Source of the DNA: Chloroflexota bacterium
GTDB lineage: Bacteria > Chloroflexota > Chloroflexia > QHBQ01
DNA length: 36,610 bases
Assembly (NCBI GenBank): GCA_043754535.1
Contig: JAYUUN010000073.1
Span: 1 to 36,610 of the forward strand
Reading direction: 5' to 3'
A program made the position numbers and the translations under genes. The first letter of the stretch is position 1; every line of letters begins with the position of its first letter. The notes beneath the pieces were generated by a model, which made no database searches, had not been told where the DNA came from, and saw only the letters and a list, made by a program, of their open reading frames with translations. This document shows, piece after piece, positions 34,520 to 36,610 of the stretch.

Positions 34520-35269
34520 ATGCGGATCACGAACACCCTCGCTCTTAGTCTGCTGCTGGCAGGGCTGCTTGCTAGCGCGCATTGGCTGGCGCAGGCGAGC
34601 GAACCAGCAGGCGGCGCAACCCCAACCAGCACGGTCAGCGTGGTAGCAGAGACGGCTACGCCCCCGCCCCAACTCTCCACGCCCACGCCCACCTATTGCG
34701 CCAATCCCTTTGTGGACATTGATGCGACGAACCCGCTCTACCGCTACGTGCTGGCCCTTGCTTGCGCCGGTGTCGTGAGCGGCTATGACGCAACCCACTT
34801 CGGGCCGTCGCTGACTGCCAGCCGAGGGCAGTTCGCCAAGATACTGGCGCGCGGCCTCGGTCTCAGCCCGGCCACCCCCACCAGCCCCAGCTTCAGCGAT
34901 GTACCAGCTAACAGCTTCGCCTTCCCCTATGTCGAGGCACTACGCCTCCACCCTGGGGTGCTTGACGGCTACAGTGGCGGCCCCTGCACGGCAGCGGGGG
35001 TGAGTACGCCCTGCTTCCAGCCCAACCGCACCGTCAGCAGAGCGGAGGCGGTCAAGGTGATCGTCAAGGCCCGCGGCTGGGTCTACCTCAGCCCACAGGC
35101 TGGATATAGCTTCGCCGACGTGCGCCCCGACCACTGGGCCTACGTCTACGTAGAAGCGGCTTACTACCACGAGGTAATCAGTGGCGCGGGTGGCTACTTT
35201 GAGCCGCTGCGTAGCATCCGCCGCGACGAGATCAGCAAGATCGTCCTGCTCGGCGTAAACAACAACTGA
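34520..35269 (+). CDS. Secreted S-layer homology (SLH) domain protein
   Basis: Signal peptide, Thr/Pro linker, three SLH repeats (FVDI..SRGQ, FSDV..SRAE, FADV..RRDE). Confidence 0.9.
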   Translation: MRITNTLALSLLLAGLLASAHWLAQASEPAGGATPTSTVSVVAETATPPPQLSTPTPTYCANPFVDIDATNPLYRYVLALACAGVVSGYDATHFGPSLTASRGQFAKILARGLGLSPATPTSPSFSDVPANSFAFPYVEALRLHPGVLDGYSGGPCTAAGVSTPCFQPNRTVSRAEAVKVIVKARGWVYLSPQAGYSFADVRPDHWAYVYVEAAYYHEVISGAGGYFEPLRSIRRDEISKIVLLGVNNN

Positions 35270-35277
35270 CAAGCAGA

Positions 35278-35302
35278 ACCCTCACCTGCTGTGGGAGAGG
35301 GT
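35278..35302. terminator. Imperfect hairpin between convergent genes
   Basis: ACCCTCACC...GGAGAGGGT. Confidence 0.4.
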
Positions 35303-35324
35303 AGGAGGCGGGCGCGGAGGTGGG

Positions 35325-35627
35325 CTACTTGCCTTGCAACCGCTTGAGCAACTCCTCGTCACTGATATCCCCGTAAGCGATGTCGGTGGCGAAGCCGGTG
35401 CCAATTCCGCTAAAGAGCGCGCCAAGCAGCTTGCTGGGGAACAGGGGGGCCAACAGTAGCGACGAGGCTACCCCAAACAGCAGCTGCGACGGCTTGACGT
35501 TGACCGTCACCTTCGCCGCATCCTTGCCGTCCTGGGCGGCTTTGAGCATCTGGCTGCTGATCGCACCAATCACCACCCCTTGCACGCCAACCAGCACCCG
35601 CAGCAGTATCTTGAATAGACCAAACAT
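35325..35627 (-). CDS. Hypothetical small membrane protein
   Basis: AGAGGAG RBS, ATG start, hydrophobic segments. Confidence 0.75.
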   Translation of the reverse strand: MFGLFKILLRVLVGVQGVVIGAISSQMLKAAQDGKDAAKVTVNVKPSQLLFGVASSLLLAPLFPSKLLGALFSGIGTGFATDIAYGDISDEELLKRLQGK

Positions 35628-35666
35628 ACTTGTTCTCCTCTTGTGATCATTTCAGGTTTAAGGGCA

Positions 35667-35722
35667 AGGGCGTGATCGCTCACGCCCTGTAGGATGCTGA
35701 CTCTCTTGCATACAGCGTGCCG
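35667..35722 (-). promoter_or_regulatory. Sigma54-type promoter followed by a 9-bp hairpin
   Basis: CGGCACGCTGTATGCA (35722-35707, GG-N10-GC); stem AGGGCGTGA/TCACGCCCT (35667-35688). Confidence 0.5.
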
Positions 35723-35753
35723 CCGCTTGTCGGCCCGCACAGTATTGGGTGGC

Positions 35754-36610
35754 TTAGTCTACAGCAACGGCTTGATCGGCGCGCCAGTGTAGAACGGAGG
35801 TGATCACCTCGTCCAGTTCACCGTCCACCAGGTTGAAGATCGCGCTGGTCTCGTAGCCGGTACGCAGGTCCTTGACTTGCTGGTAGGGTTGGTAGACGTA
35901 GGAGCGAATCTGCGTCCCCCAGCCAACGTGGACGTGTTCGCCGCGCAGGCCCGCCGTCTCCTCCTCCTTCTTGCGACGCTCCATCTCCCAGAGCTTGGAG
36001 AGCAGGATTTTCATCGCAGTCTCGCGGTTCTGTAGTTGGCTGCGCTCGTTCTGACAGGTGACGACCGTGCCACTGGGCAGGTGGGTGATGCGGATTGCGG
36101 TCGAGGTCTTCTGCACGTTCTGGCCGCCCGCGCCTGCCGAGCGGTAGACATCAATCTTCAAGTCCTCATCGCGCACGTCAATGTTGATCGAGTTGTCGAT
36201 CTCTGGTAGCACTTCGACGAGGGCGAAGGAAGTCTGGCGGCGGTGTTGTGAGTCGTAGGGTGAGATACGCACCATGCGGTGCTGGCCCGCCTCGCCTCGC
36301 AGGTAGCCGTAGGCATTGCGCCCCTTGATCGTCAGGGTGGCACTCTTGATGCCCGCCTCCTCACCCTCGCTCATGTCGCTGATCTCAACATCGTAGCGGT
36401 GGCGTTCGGCCCAGCGGACGTACATTCGCATTACCATGCGCGCCCATTCTTGGGCTTCGGTGCCGCCCTCGCGGGCATAGACGGAGACAATCACGTTGTG
36501 GTCGTCGTAATCACCGCCAAGCAGCAACTCCATCTCGTCCTGCACAAGTTGCTTGCTGAGGGCGGTCAGTTCACTCTCCAGTTCGCTGATCATGCCCTCG
36601 TCGTCTGCCG
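35754..36610 (-). CDS. prfB: Peptide chain release factor 2 (5' end outside window)
   Basis: GGTEAQEWA, GEEAGIKS, RISPYDS, GAGGQ, QNERSQ, WGTQIRSYV; the frame stays open to the window edge. Confidence 0.97.
   Translation of the reverse strand, partial: ADDEGMISELESELTALSKQLVQDEMELLLGGDYDDHNVIVSVYAREGGTEAQEWARMVMRMYVRWAERHRYDVEISDMSEGEEAGIKSATLTIKGRNAYGYLRGEAGQHRMVRISPYDSQHRRQTSFALVEVLPEIDNSINIDVRDEDLKIDVYRSAGAGGQNVQKTSTAIRITHLPSGTVVTCQNERSQLQNRETAMKILLSKLWEMERRKKEEETAGLRGEHVHVGWGTQIRSYVYQPYQQVKDLRTGYETSAIFNLVDGELDEVITSVLHWRADQAVAVD

Noticed and set aside
35754..36610. prfB programmed +1 frameshift
   Set aside because: The site would be near the 5' end, outside the window, so it cannot be assessed
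1..36610. CRISPR array, IS element, prophage, tRNA or rRNA
   Set aside because: No spaced repeat arrays, transposase or phage genes; the only tRNA-like structure belongs to tmRNA

Overview
A GC-rich (roughly 60-65% by eye) bacterial chromosome segment, probably Chloroflexota; the taxonomy is inferred from protein style and not searched. It holds 34 plausible CDSs plus tmRNA (ssrA, 6147-6493, tag GNKQYALAA). Housekeeping genes: der, xerD, rsmI, galE, glyA, upp, selD, sbcC, pyrE, ndh, pduO and a 5'-truncated prfB. Envelope genes: GT-C and GT2 glycosyltransferases, an MraY/TagO-like transferase, an SLH protein and HtrA. No prophage, IS or CRISPR array was seen. Most interesting signals: (1) a Cys-type selD that keeps a SECIS-like hairpin after its TGT codon and heads an operon with two glycosyltransferases; (2) an xerD promoter carrying a dif XerD-arm half-site next to three DnaA boxes; (3) tandem Ca2+/H+ antiporters, one with a natural His-to-Asn change in the alpha-2 motif, coupled to a cyanophycinase; (4) a 154-bp inverted-repeat-bounded element with internal repeats between an unknown 89-aa gene and htrA; (5) an orphan Phd/YefM antitoxin with a consensus promoter and operator; (6) three sigma54-type promoters; (7) a window-wide excess of GCTAGC and of TAG stop codons.
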